Shown here: positions 11,501 through 25,300 of the stretch, one piece after another
Numbering within the stretch: position 1 is the stretch's first letter
Layout: each line of letters opens with the position of its first letter
From: Girardia tigrina
Taxonomy: Eukaryota
DNA length: 64,000 bases
Direction of reading: 5' to 3'
Assembly (NCBI GenBank): GCA_001938485.1
Contig: MQRK01236046.1
Span: 15,318-79,317, forward strand
Program-made: the position numbers and the translations under genes
The notes under the pieces: model-generated
What the model saw: the letters and a program-made list of their open reading frames with translations, nothing else
The model's database searches: none
Told to the model about the DNA's origin: nothing

Positions 11501-13643
11501 AATCAGTTATTATATCAATGATCTTCCCATTAATCTCAGTTATTTACATACTTCCAACCAACACCATTATTTACAAGGCTTGCATACAACTCAGTTACGC
11601 CACGAAGTCCAAGGACCATTCTCCCTGATCCTTTGGACGCGGAGACGAATCGCCGTCGTATTGTTGTCTACCAGGGTCGATAACTTCGATGCCCATGACA
11701 GTTCGAATCGTTCTCGACAATTTGATTTTCGCAGTTGCAATGCAAACAAGATCGATATTCAAATGAAATATTTATATAATATAACTTTCAAAGAGTTAAT
11801 AAGATCATATCACTCGCGAATTATTTATTAATTATAATCCAAATTATACTCCGAAATTAAAACATGAATGAAATAAAACAGAACAACAAAATTTTGATAT
11901 CAAAAATCAATAATAAAAAATAATTAAGACAAGAATAATAATGAATTAACAAATGATAAATGAACCATACCTTCTTATCAATCGACTATTCGCATTATAC
12001 TGTAGCGTAAATATAAAATTAACTGTCAAAGTAAATCGTAGGATCAAATGTCGTTAAATAAACTGACACAATTGTGTCGAGAAAAATGTAATTGTACTAG
12101 TAAAATTGTCGCTGTAAAAATTGCGTGGTAAAAGCTGTTGTAAAAATTGTTCGTAAAAACTGGCGAAATCGTGCACACTCCTACGGGTATTTATACCCTC
12201 CGGATGTGCATAGCTCTCTCGACATCCTGTATACAATCTGGTTTCGAGACAGGGTGAGGGGGAATCAATGTTGTTTAAAAATTGCACATCCATGATTCAT
12301 GGGTATAACAGGATTAAAGGTTTGTGCGTTTTCGCCGGAGAAAGATGCGCTGCGGCATTCTAACCAGTTGAAGGTAATTAGATAATAATGTTTATCTTAG
12401 ATGCGACTACTGATTATTCCATATGTTATGATTACAGGGTGGAGAGGTAACCGTCGCTTTTTCTACGACATCCTCGATTCGCAGATACCTCGAACGTTGC
12501 CAACATCTGTTGTAGCATACCCGACTGCGATTGTTCGTGAATAACGGATGTCTGTTTCGTTTACTGCAGACCTACCTCGAAGATAAACAAATGTCGAATT
12601 TTTTGCGATTCATACTGAATCATCTCGGTAAGATTTTTAATTAACTAAGAATTCTTAATTAATTTCTATATGTTTCTCAGGATTTTTTAAAGGGTTTCTC
12701 CGCCTGCTGGAATTAAAATGGAGGACACGGAACATCGTCCGCAGAGCCCTTCTCCTGCCTTGTGCTCCAGTGCGTTCAAAACCTATTTAACACTACTGAG
12801 GATAGTCTAGTTTGACTATCCTCACAAATCCTCAATAAGGTTCTTATATGTGCAGGATGTCGGGTATGGGGAAAGGTTCTCGGCGGGTTATGGAATTTGT
12901 CGTATCGTAACAGATGATTTGATTAAAAAATAAAACCATCTTCTCTCATAGGAGATACTTTAGGTTTTATCAAAAAAATATAAGAAAATATGAAATATAA
13001 ATCAATAGTAATTTTACTTTTGTAGCTTCTTTCCTTTGTAAATTTGTAAAGAGTAATTTTTTTTGGGCAAACTAAACAAAATTTACTGCTGTTTATATAG
13101 TAGTTTTCATCAGCCTTGACAATTGATCAAATAAAACAAACACTAAGATATTTTTAAATTTCAATTCCAAATTTTGTTAAACTAAATATTATTTTGTCTG
13201 AAATTAATAATTTTACCAAAAGAATTATCCTAAATTTTTTCTACATAAAAATTTTGTTACAAATGTTCATAGGTATTTTTCGAAACCCTAACAATTCTCT
13301 ACTACGGCGACGCTGTGCGTGCGGGTATATTTATGTTTTTTCTACCCCGGTTATACGATGTGTGTCTGTCATCGGTGTGTACAATTATTGATTTTTCTGG
13401 TGAGTTATTTATGTCATATTAGACTATTTTAAGTTATGCAACTGCAGGAACCCCCAACAGGACAACCCACCATGAACAAGTGCTATCGATGTTTGGATTT
13501 TTGATAAGCCTTAAGTTTTGTTAATTTTCTAATATTTTTTGTTAATTTATTATTATTAATAATAATAATAATTATTGATAACAGAGTGGGTAGCGCAGTG
13601 GTGTACCTGCGGCAGATTAGTTATGGTGGCGACTCTCTTGACA
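8507..13643 (+). mobile_element. Putative ~5.1 kb solo LTR (unit B) of a giant Gypsy-like element
   Basis: Starts TGTCACGACCC like unit A. Candidate end is TGACA at 13643, with GAAG on both flanks (possible 4-bp TSD). The right boundary is tentative. Confidence 0.4.
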
Positions 13644-16349
13644 GAAGGAAAGAACAAAATAATATCACACCGGGAAAGAGAGGAAGTAAAGTAGAGTCAT
13701 TTTTTTGATTTTTAAGGTTATTAAATTAATTGCCCTAGTTATAATTATCTATTTTTAATTTTTGGTATCTTATATTTTCTACATATTATTTATGTATTTT
13801 TTAAATAATTTATTTTTTTGGTAAACAAAATTCTAATTTTATTCAATTCAACAAATTTAATTCAGACAATTTTTTGTTAATATTTTATAAACTTGATACA
13901 CTTGTTATAAAATGTTTAATTAAAAGATGTAGAGACAACTCTCAATTTGTAATACGTATAGCTACACGGACTACAAAATCAGAGTTTTGATTTACTTTAA
14001 TTAACAGTACATAGTAAATAATATTTTTACTAAATAATGAAAAATGAGACTTCAATTGTTAAGCTTTTCATTTAATTCTAATTTTTATTATTTAAAATTT
14101 TAATTTTTTAAATTCCATTAAGAAATGTCATTTATATATTAACTATGTTTTTTCCCATGCAAAATTTTATTTACATGTGAAGTAAATCATTTATAATAGA
14201 ATTTCATGTATTCTAAAAATATTTAAATGAATTCATCGTGGATTATTTATTGTTCTTTCTATTAATTTTTATAAAAAGAAATTCTTTTCACTTTACCATT
14301 TAATATTTGCTTACTTTTTCAATATAAGTGTCATTCTATGCTCTTTTTTGTTCCAAATATTAAAACTAACTTTAAAATTAATTTTTATTATTTAATTATT
14401 TCATGTATATACTATCAAATTTTTGCAATTATTATGTATTTATATTATTATTAATAGATAATTCGATAAGCAGAGGTAAGTTAAAATTAAAATTGGGAAT
14501 GTAATTTTTAATACAATTTAAAATTTTATATGAAATCATTCAAAATTACTTAAAAATGTCGAAATTTTCCTTATTATAAAATAAAAGATTCTTTGAGATT
14601 AAATTTAAAATATATTCCGTAATAAACTATGCATGATAAAAAAAGTTAACAACTCAAGCTTATTTTCTATTAGAAGGTGATTTTATGGGTCTAAAATGTT
14701 ATATAAGAAAGGATTAAGTTTTTTAAATTTTTTTATTTAATCACTTCTTGCAAATTAATTATTTAATTCATTATTTATATCTACCTGCATTGTTTATTAT
14801 TTTAATGTAATTATTAGTTTGATATTGTAAATATTTATTTATATATTTGTTGGTGTATCGGTGTGATTAAATTAAAATAGAAATTAAACAAAAGAAATAA
14901 GATTTATATTGGTTTTAAAATATTTTATTGACAGCATACAATGTACAACAATTTAAGAAAATTATTTAAGGACTTAATCCTATATTAAGAATTTGCAGTT
15001 TTGGTAGAACGGGAAAAGAGATTCTTTTACCCAAATGAATTTTGATATAAGAATATGGTTATTTTATTATATATAAATTATATATAATTCACACCTTTAT
15101 AAATTTACTCAAGCTGATCAAAATTTTCTGAGTGTTCTGAATTGTGAGCTTATATAGATTGATGTAAATTAGATTGATGTAAATTAATTGATGTAAATTA
15201 GATTCTGTATAGACAGACGATCAAATTTATTTTTCTAATATTTTGGACCTTTCAAATTCTTTCGACTCTTTTAACTTCTTGTGGACTTTTTCAATATATA
15301 ATGAAGGGCGCCTTTTTACTCAAAATCTTATCCTTTTATAACTTTCTCTTACATTTTATTTTTTCCTTATTTACTTTTTAAAATAATTAGATTATCTCTT
15401 TATAATAAATATCCCTTGCTTTATTCTTCATTATTCATTTTTCTAATTATTTATAATTTAATTATTTATATATAAATTATATTTAATTTGATAAAAGGAT
15501 AAATAAAATCTTATTTTATCTTATTAATTAAAACAAAGTCTATTTTTATTACTTTTATTATTTATTTTTAATATTTATCTCAACATATTGAAGCTTTGAA
15601 AATTCTATTTCAAAATTCCACATCAAAATTTGATTGATCGTTGTCAAAATAACAAAAACATTAAATAAAAAAAGTACAATTTAATACAGTTTAATAATTT
15701 TAAATTGATTATCACAGAAGTTTTTTTACGTAATAAAAAACTTTTTTGTTTGTAAATATGTTCGAGTTCGCACTTATAAGACAGTCTTTTTCTTAAAAAA
15801 ATGTTTATATATAATTTGAAATTTAATGATAAAAAATTTACCAAAAATTAATAAAATGATATAAATATCATAAATATAAAAAGTTCCTTAACTCTAAAAT
15901 AATAATCATTTCCTCAATTTTAATTATTTCCGTATAAATATATAAATTTTGATGATGGAATTGTCGAAAAAAAGCCAAATTTTATTTGTTAAAATAATAT
16001 TTATTAAATCACATATTTTTCCAAAAAAAAACAGAAACGTAAGTTTATGATAAATATTTTTACATTTATTCGTTTGTTTAAATGATTAAATCAAAACTAA
16101 ATCAAATTAAATCTTTTACAATTTTTCAAATTATTTTTCGAGTTTTATGTAAAAATTATTTTTTTTCATCAAATCGCGATATTTTTTCTTTCAATTTTAT
16201 CCAAACCTCAAAAATTTATTAATAATCGACGTTTTATTCAACCCCATACATCTTTTTTCAATTTTTTTTTGAAATTTTATCGTACGTGATTAACACATTT
16301 TTATTCCGATTTTTTTTCGACAAATCTAGTTCCATTATTACAAACGACA

Positions 16350-19300
16350 ATGGTGAAAGATATTATGATTCTCACATTACAAAATCAAATGAACAATCAA
16401 TACGAATTATTCCGCATTAAAAAAGGTAAAAAAAATCGATAATAATCATTTTAATTGATTATTTTCGTAAAGATTCGTATTTACGACTCCAAATCGGTCA
16501 TAGTTTGTTGGGAAAATCGTTGCGGATATTCACCAATTATCCGATGACGTCGAATATCTTCTTGAGACACGAATATCACGAGCTCGAGATCGTCAATCCG
16601 ACTTTATCCGGCAACAAACGCGACTGTTTCGACAATTACGCCGAATTTCGAGCCACTCTATCCGGGGCGTTCCAGTTCTACTTCACCGAAAACGGATCCG
16701 CGTCGATTTCCGACAAAATCGGCGAAGGATATTTCATAATCGATCCGAGATTCACGTTCCATTTGAGCGAGAAGTTCAAGGACGTCCATTTCGAGCTGGA
16801 CGGGATCGTGCTGCAGACCTATCTGGCCAAGAACCTGGGCCCGTTCGCCGAGTGGAACAAGCGCATCCAGCCGGCGCTCGACGGCAACTACAACATGATC
16901 CACTTCACCCCGCTCCAGGAACTGGGCTACTCGCGCTCGGCGTATTCGCTCCGCGACCAGCTGCGCGTCAACCCGAGCTTCTCGACGGCCGCCAACCAAG
17001 TCTCGTGGTCGATGATCGAGAAATTCGTCGACAACCTCTACCAGAACCACCAGTGCCTGTCCATGACCGATCTCGTCTACAACCACTCGTCCAACGACTC
17101 GCCGTGGATCCACGAGCATCCCGAGTGCGCCTACAATGTCGTCAATTCGCCCCATCTTCGACCGGCCTATCTCATCGATCGGATCGTTTGGAATCTCACG
17201 CTCGACGTCGGCTCCAATCGATACGAGAAGCGCTCTCTCACCAGCATCGTGTCCAGTGGCCGCGACATCGAAATTATCCGCGAGATTCTCTGGGAGAACA
17301 TCAACGATCTCCGGGTGCACGAGTTCTACTTGGCTCATCTCGACGACGAGGTCGACTCGTTCCGCAAGTTTCTCCAGGAGATCGATCAGGACATCGTCGA
17401 CGACGCCGTGTTGCGACCGGGCGCTCTCGTTCTCGATCACCGCAAGTATGAGCGGCTCCGGTCGGGGATCGACCACGCCATCGTCGGCTATCATTTCTAT
17501 CGGGAGTTCCGCGACATCGACGCCGCTTGTATCAAGTACCGCCAGACGCTCGAGCGACTCAATGCGGCCATGTATCGCGAGGTGCNNNNNNNNNNNNNGA
17601 TCGCCAATGTCGGCTACCGGTTCATCGACGAGCACGGCTTGCGACTGGGCCGGGTGACGCCGGACACGCCGCTCATGTGGAACTACTTCTACCATCCGTA
17701 CAGTGACGTGGTGACGCTGCGCGACTGCGAGATCAGGATGGCCGGCGAGCCCAGACTCATGGCCTTCAACGGCTGGGTCATGAACGACAACCCGCTGAGG
17801 AATTTCGCGGAAGAAGGAGCCAACGTTTACCTGCGACGGGAATTGATCGTGTGGGGCGACTCGGTCAAGCTGCGCTACGGCAACAAGCCCGACGACTGCC
17901 CGTATCTCTGGGACCATATGTTCAAGTATACCGAGCTCACGGCCAAGATCTTTCACGCGATCCGACTCGACAACTGCCACGGCACGCCGATTCACGTCGC
18001 CCAGGCGATGCTGGACCGCGCGCGAGCCGTCCGCCCCGACCTCTACATCGTCGCCGAGCTGTTCACCGGGAGCGAGGGCGTCGACAATGTCTTCGTCAAC
18101 AAACTCGGCATCAATTCTCTGATCCGAGAGGCGCAGAGCGCGTGGAATTGCAGCGAGCAGGGCCGCCTCGTCCATCGGTTCGGCGGATTCCCGGTCGGCG
18201 CCTTCGTCCAACAGATCCCGCGCCAGTTGTATCCGAGCACGGCGCACGCCCTCTTCTACGACATGACCCACGACAACGAGTCCCCGGTCTGCAAGCGGTC
18301 CCCGTTCGATCTGCTGCCGACGGCCGCGATCGTCGGCATGGCGTGCTGCGCCGTGGGAAGCACTCGCGGCTACGACGAGATCGTGCCTCACTACATCGAC
18401 GTGGTGAACGAAGAACGGTTCTATTCTCGGTGGGGAGAAACGATCACCATGGACACGGGAATCGTGCGCGCTAAGAGTCTCATCAACAAGCTCCACAAGC
18501 GGCTGGCGGTTGACAACTTCAACCAGGTGTACGTGGACCAACTGGACGGCGACATCGTGTCCATCACGCGCCTCAGCCCGACCAAGCACCGGTCGGTCGT
18601 GGTCGTGGCGCACTCCGCGTTCTCGTACCCGGGACACGAGCCCGGCCACCGGCCCGTGCGCGACATCGGCCTCTCGGGAAAGGTGATCAACATCCTGTTC
18701 GAAACGCGCACGACACGGGACGTGNNNNNNNNNNNNNNNNNNNNNNNNNNNNNNNNNNNNNNNNNNNNNNNNNNNNNNNNNNNNNNNNNNNNNNNNNNNN
18801 NNNNNNNNNNNNNNNNNNNNNNNNNNNNNNNNNNNNNNNNNNNNNNNNNNNNNNNNNNNNNNNNNNNNNNNNNNNNNNNNNNNNNNNNNNNNNNNNNNNN
18901 NNNNNNNNNNNNNNNNNNNNNNNNNNNNNNNNNNNNNNNNNNNNNNNNNNNNNNNNNNNNNNNNNNNNNNNNNNNNNNNNNNNNNNNNNNNNNNNNNNNN
19001 NNNNNNNNNNNNNNNNNNNNNNNNNNNNNNNNNNNNNNNNNNNNNNNNNNNNNNNNNNNNNNNNNNNNNNNNNNNNNNNNNNNNNNNNNNNNNNNNNNNN
19101 NNNNNNNNNNNNNNNNNNNNNNNNNNNNNNNNNNNNNNNNNNNNNNNNNNNNNNNNNNNNNNNNNNNNNNNNNNNNNNNNNNNNNNNNNNNNNNNNNNNN
19201 NNNNNNNNNNNNNNNNNNNNNNNNNNNNNNNNNNNNNNNNNNNNNNNNNNNNNNNNNNNNNNNNNNNNNNNNNNNNNNNNNNNNNNNNNNNNNNNNNNNN

Positions 19301-22300
19301 NNNNNNNNNNNNNNNNNNNNNNNNNNNNNNNNNNNNNNNNNNNNNNNNNNNNNNNNNNNNNNNNNNNNNNNNNNNNNNNNNNNNNNNNNNNNNNNNNNNN
19401 NNNNNNNNNNNNNNNNNNNNNNNNNNNNNNNNNNNNNNNNNNNNNNNNNNNNNNNNNNNNNNNNNNNNNNNNNNNNNNNNNNNNNNNNNNNNNNNNNNNN
19501 NNNNNNNNNNNNNNNNNNNNNNNNNNNNNNNNNNNNNNNNNNNNNNGGTTCAACGCGATGTTCGAGCCGATCAAGAGCCTGCCGCGATATCTCGTGCCGT
19601 CCATGTTCGAGATCCTCATATCGAGCGCCCACAAGTTGGCCGTGGAAGAGGTATTGATTTCGTGATTGTGGGTTTGTTTGTCTTTCGGGATCGAATCGAT
19701 TAGCAAACGTGGTGATTGTCGAGTGGAAATAATCGATTGAACAAATATTTGTTTGCTGTTATTTCTCATTGACAATCGAATCAATTGATTTACGATTTTC
19801 AATATTGATTGTAATTGCTTCAGTGCTACTATCAATTGGGCGACAGTATCGTTTTCGGGTCATCTCTCATGAAGAATCTGTCGCTGGGGTCCATCATGCT
19901 CTGCTCTGTCGTCAGGAACTGCAGATTGCCGCCGTTGGCCATCGAGACCAATCAGGAAGTATGCACCTTGTCGGCCGGGTTCTCGCACTTCGCCGAGGGC
20001 ATCTGGAGGAACTGGGGCCGAGACACGTTCATTTCTCTGAGAGGCCTGACACTGCTCACGAATCGGTTCGAGGTACGCTCTGTTCTGTTTGATTCATCAC
20101 TCATTTCCACTTATATTTATCAAATAATCGATTATTATCATTGATTTTATGTTTAAAATTCGAAAACCAATTGAAATTGTTTATTGATTTCGACGGATTG
20201 CCCGCCATCTTCAGGACATCTGTTTTTATTGACAGAAAAGAAATGCACTTATATAATACCGACAATGATTGTGTAATCAATACGCCATCAATAAAGTTGT
20301 CGAGAGTGCATTTTGATCGTTAATTTTAGGATCCAAAGATCTTATATAAATAACGCTTCACACGAGTCACTCTCTCCCGATAATTCTTGAATTGAGTGCA
20401 CAGAATTTAAAAGTTATTGATGTTTATGTGCCATTTCCTCGCGACTGTGTTCCTGGATTGTCTTACAGAGATGACGCGCAGTCTCTCCAATGTGTGTGAC
20501 GTGGAAGTGGGATCCGGACACAGTCCCAATGGCGTTTAAATTCATCGTATCATCTGCTTTATATTGCTGGACACAGTAAACATTGTAAGGGGGACACAAG
20601 CATCCATGACTTTATAAGCCTCCCGACTGTCACAAGAACACATAATACTCAGCATTGGCGCACAGGGCAGTGAATCAAGGACTCTGTATCGGGTAGAAAC
20701 CATTTTGATCCTCTCACATGGCTTCGGATGCAAGAGTTCGAAATTTCAATGCACGGGCGCGCTTCGGCTCCCCTATGACAAATGACCACTCATGTTCCTT
20801 CGTTCCGTGATTCTGGAGACTTCTGGCTGTATAAACGCACTTAGTGCAACGGGGAAATGGGCCGTGAAACACTCCCTTATCACACCGACAACTCAGCACC
20901 ACATGAGGACTCTCCTCATCTGTTTATGTTCTTTCTACTACTCGGATGTTCGTAGTACCATTACCTTGGATTCGATGATCGATCATTAAATGCTCTGTGT
21001 CGTCGGAGCCGTGGCCAAACGCAAATTCGTAATAAGTCTTGTGAGTTCGTTCTGCTCAGCAAATTCTTTAAAGCAAGAAAGGAATGTGCGAGTTTAAGCA
21101 TTTTCGGATATTCTTTCTCGTGCTCGACTATCTCTTTCAGTCGCTCGGAGATGGTTCCTTTGATCAGGTGTTTAAATTCCTTATCCTTGTCGAGAAGTCC
21201 TCTTTTAGACTCTCCCTGTGTTCTGCCCAATCTACCCGATCATTAAACGAGCAATGCACTCTCTCATCATTTGCTTTTTACGGCCGCTGATTCTGTGATT
21301 TTCTGAGACGATCTCCGAGTTAAGAATCTCCAACCAATTGTTTGTTCGAACAAATTAATGAATGATTTACTCTCAAAACGACCTATTGTAATAATTGAAA
21401 AACATCGGCTTGATCGAACAAGTTATGAACACAAATCAATAAAACTATTTTAAATCGGTTCAAGAAAATCTATTTGAAAGTAATTGGAATCGAAAATGAC
21501 GTATTTATCAGCCACAATTCTATCCTCTTGCCTCTTCTTGGATGTTGTAATCAGATGCGTGCGTAGAACAATATTTCTGGGGGGATGTACTATTACGTAA
21601 CTCATATTTTCTTTTTCAAGTTTTATTTTCAAAGTTAAAAAATTTAATTTATATTCTCATCGAAATACGACTAATGCAGTTAATATCACTTGGTTATTGA
21701 TCATTACTGGCTTCAATTTAGTTTCATGATTTGAGAAAGAAAAAATTTCTATGCTCTGTAAAACTTATACGTAATTAAGATCGTAATTTAAATTTTTCGG
21801 ACGGGGGATTTTCTTAAAATCTTTGGAAAGTTTCACATTTTAAATTCAAGAATTTTAAATTATTCTTATTACCGTTTTTTTCCGTGTATGAGATCCCCCT
21901 TATTTTTGAGTGTACATTGTGTGGAAAAAGTTCAAAAAAGTACCTTAATTCATTCCTGAAAGTAAATTGAAATCTTTTGTATCGGAGAAATATTTCAAAT
22001 ATTAACTAATTGTTGAAAATTCACATTAAATGTTCATTGAATTTTGACAAAATGGGGTCTTATACACAGAAAAATACGGTAATATTCTGTTAGCAAACTT
22101 AGGGCTAATAAAGATCGTAATTCAAAATTTTTTCTGAGGGGATTTGTCCTGAACCACACTGAGTTGCCCAGCTTGTCCTACACAAAATCTAAATTACCCT
22201 GTTTTATGGTTATATGGTGGCACCTTAGTAGATTTTAAAAGACAAAATTTTACTTCGAAAGCACCGTAGTAAACAGTGGAACCTTAGTTAAAAGTGGCAC

Positions 22301-25300
22301 ATTAGTAAAACGAAACAAAAATTTAAAAAAATTTCCTTCTTTTTCAATTATATTTTTTTATCATCATAATCTTCATCTTCGCTACCAAAATTATTTTCAT
22401 CCAACAAAGTATCAATGAGCTGCTCATCTATATCATCTACCACATCTTCAGATTCTTCATCGCTTTCCTCAATAACTACATCTTCAACGTCTTCGTGTTC
22501 ATTCGGATAAAAAATGATTGTGGTCTTCTTGAAGCCATTAAGATGGCACCTAAGAAGAACAAACACAAAATTTCAGAGTTCAAAAAAATTTAATAAGGTG
22601 GCACCTTATAACCATAAAACATGGTACATAAATTTTAAGCGGTTGCTGAACACCAAGTAATTGACAAATTAAAAATGAAAATTTGAGAGCGTTCTTAGGG
22701 AAGATAGAACAATAATACTGCGTAGTAATTTCAGTTTTACCATTCTATTATGGTATTATTATCAGCGCATTTCTTTCATCGCTAATTACAAAGGAAAGTC
22801 TTATTGTTGACGATATTGACCATAATTACTGTAAAGACATTAATCACATTCTCGAAACACTCATTAAACAGTTGTTATTTCATATATACAATAAAAAAAA
22901 TAAGCGTAACGATCTGATTATGAACAAAAATGTATTTTAATTTTCTTTATTGATCGTCACTGGAAAGTTCCAACCCAAACGACAATTCTAAATTTATTTC
23001 TCTAAACATTTTTCACTTCATTCAAAAGTTGTTATTGATCGTCAACATCACACAGGACGCAAGAATAATTATCCTGATGTACGCTGCAACCGTTCGACAC
23101 GGACTGATTCCCAATTTATTAGCTGACGGTCTTGTAGCTCGATATAACGCCCGGGACGCCACATGGTTCTGGTTGAATTCTATCAAGCAATATGAGTTAT
23201 CGCAAGCGAAACTCGGGGAAAAAAGTGTCAGTATTCTAAAAATGCCTGTAGCGCGATTGTTTCCCACTGACGGTTCCGATGGCACGAAAATCAAAGAACA
23301 ACCGTTGTATGAAGTGATCCAAGAAGTTCTCCAAAGACACGCAGACGAAATAAAATTCCGAGAGCGCAACGCAGGCCATCAGATCGATGAGCACATGAGG
23401 GATGAGGGATTCAATGTCGTCGCTGGTATTAGAAACGCCACGAAATTTCCTTATGGAGGAAACGAGTTCAACTGCGGTACGTGGATGGACAAAATGGGCA
23501 GCAGTTACAAGGCCGGTAACAAGGGGTACCCCGCCACCCCGAGAGATGGAAGTGCCGTGGAAATAGTTGGACTGTGCGCGTCGGTCTTGGAATGGTTGAT
23601 TGAGTGAGTATTGTTTTCATTGCTATTTATTATTGTTATTATTGTTATTGATTGTGTGCGCATTAGTTAAATTTGAGATTATTTATTGATTATTTCAGTT
23701 TGTATAAACAATTATTTTTTTTAATTTATTAAATTATTTCTCTCATTTTTGTTTATGTTATGTAATTTATGTTTTATTACGATCGATTATGTCACACCGA
23801 TATCAATTGAAAGTAATGTTTTTCCTCTATCGATTTCCAATGGGAAAAATTAAAATAAACATTATTTTCATTTATGTGAAATGTGCGAATGCCGCTCGAT
23901 ATTGATTTTCAATTTTCAGTGCAACGAGCAATAAACAGTACCCGTATAGCGGGGTCAATTTTTTCGGTAACTCGCTGACTTGGAACGATTGGTACAGCGA
24001 CGTGAAAAAGTATTTCGATGATATGTTTTTCATTCCAATCGACACGACAGATGAACACTTGGTTTACAATCGGGGCATCTATCGGGACACTGTCAATTCA
24101 GTACTCGGGTACACTGACACACTGTTCAAACCGAATTTCGTTGTCGCTATGGCATTGGTGGGTCTTTGTTCTCTCTTAGATTTCTTTTTCTTATTCTTTT
24201 CCTTTCCAATATGACTTTTTAAATCGATTTTTTTCTGTCTTTTCCAAATAGGCCCCTGCTATATTCGTTGTGGAACACGCATGGCACGCTTTGGGTCTCG
24301 TTGAGAAAGAATTGCTCGGTCCTCTCGGGATGCGTACTTTAAGCCCGAGAGACTGGGCTTATCGAGGCTATTACGATAACAGCAATGATTCGACTGACAA
24401 ATCCGTTGCCGCCGGATTCAATTATCACCAGGGCCCAGAATGGGTCTGGTTGACGGGATTTTATTTGCGCGCCAAATTGATCTTTTGTCAGAAAATATAC
24501 GCAATCGATACGGATAAATACAAGACTGTCATCCCGGAAACCATAACCCATGTTCAGATGGTTCTTGGACGTCTGGATCATCACATCAAACACTCTAAAT
24601 GGCGATCTCTGCCAGAACTGACCAATAGAGACGGACAGGTGAAAATTATTCGATTACACATCAACAGTAGTGGCCGAGAGTCTTTATCCCCATTCCTTAA
24701 AATGTGTGAAAAATCAATTTTCATTAACTATTTTTTATTTATCTTTGTTTTATCACATTGATTGCACGAGTGGTATTGATTTAAATATTGCTCAACTGTT
24801 TCTATGACATGCAAGTTACAATTGTCAACTCAATGCCACGCTAAATCGATCGAAATATCTTCTATTTTTTAGGTAATTTCAATTGAGAAGAAGGACATAC
24901 TCATAAAGCAATTGCTGAACGTTATGGTATTCATTTCAAGTCTGTGTCTTATATTATTGAGAGATGCTGAAACGGGTTCTGTTCACGACCGACATCGTTC
25001 TGGCCGTCCTCGACAATCGACTCCAAGGGAGGACAAGCTCATCAGAAGTCTCAAATAAGGACATTCCCGTGTGATCCATGGGTTCACAACTGCAGCTCTT
25101 CTGATCAATTTGTCATCCGCTGGAGTCGATTTCCTTGAGAATATTGGACACAGACTTGAAATGAATGCGATCGTTTTTGAGTACGTCCTTCTTCTCTCAA
25201 GATAAGCACCCGGACACGCTTCTCGATTGAAATTGGTGTAGAGCTACTCATTACCTAAAAAATAGAGGATAATTTGATCGATTTAGCAAGGCATTGAGTT

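Noticed and set aside
13581-13640. tRNA-like start (CAGAGTGGGTAGCGCAGTGG); similar impression at 34500-34560
   Set aside because: No cloverleaf or T-loop GTTC could be built.
15158-15203. Short tandem repeats (also 4500-4740, 11200-11345, 35530-35600) as a CRISPR-like array
   Set aside because: No unique spacers and a eukaryotic context; ordinary minisatellite-type duplications.
16658-18649. 663-aa antisense ORF and other overlapping ORFs in AGL exon 2
   Set aside because: Shadow frames produced by high GC3 codon usage; no recognisable motifs.
18421-19835. Long ORFs spanning N gaps (also 37038-38209)
   Set aside because: Their length comes from runs of N. After the gap the true AGL frame is FNAMFEPIKSLPRYLVP, not the track's frame.
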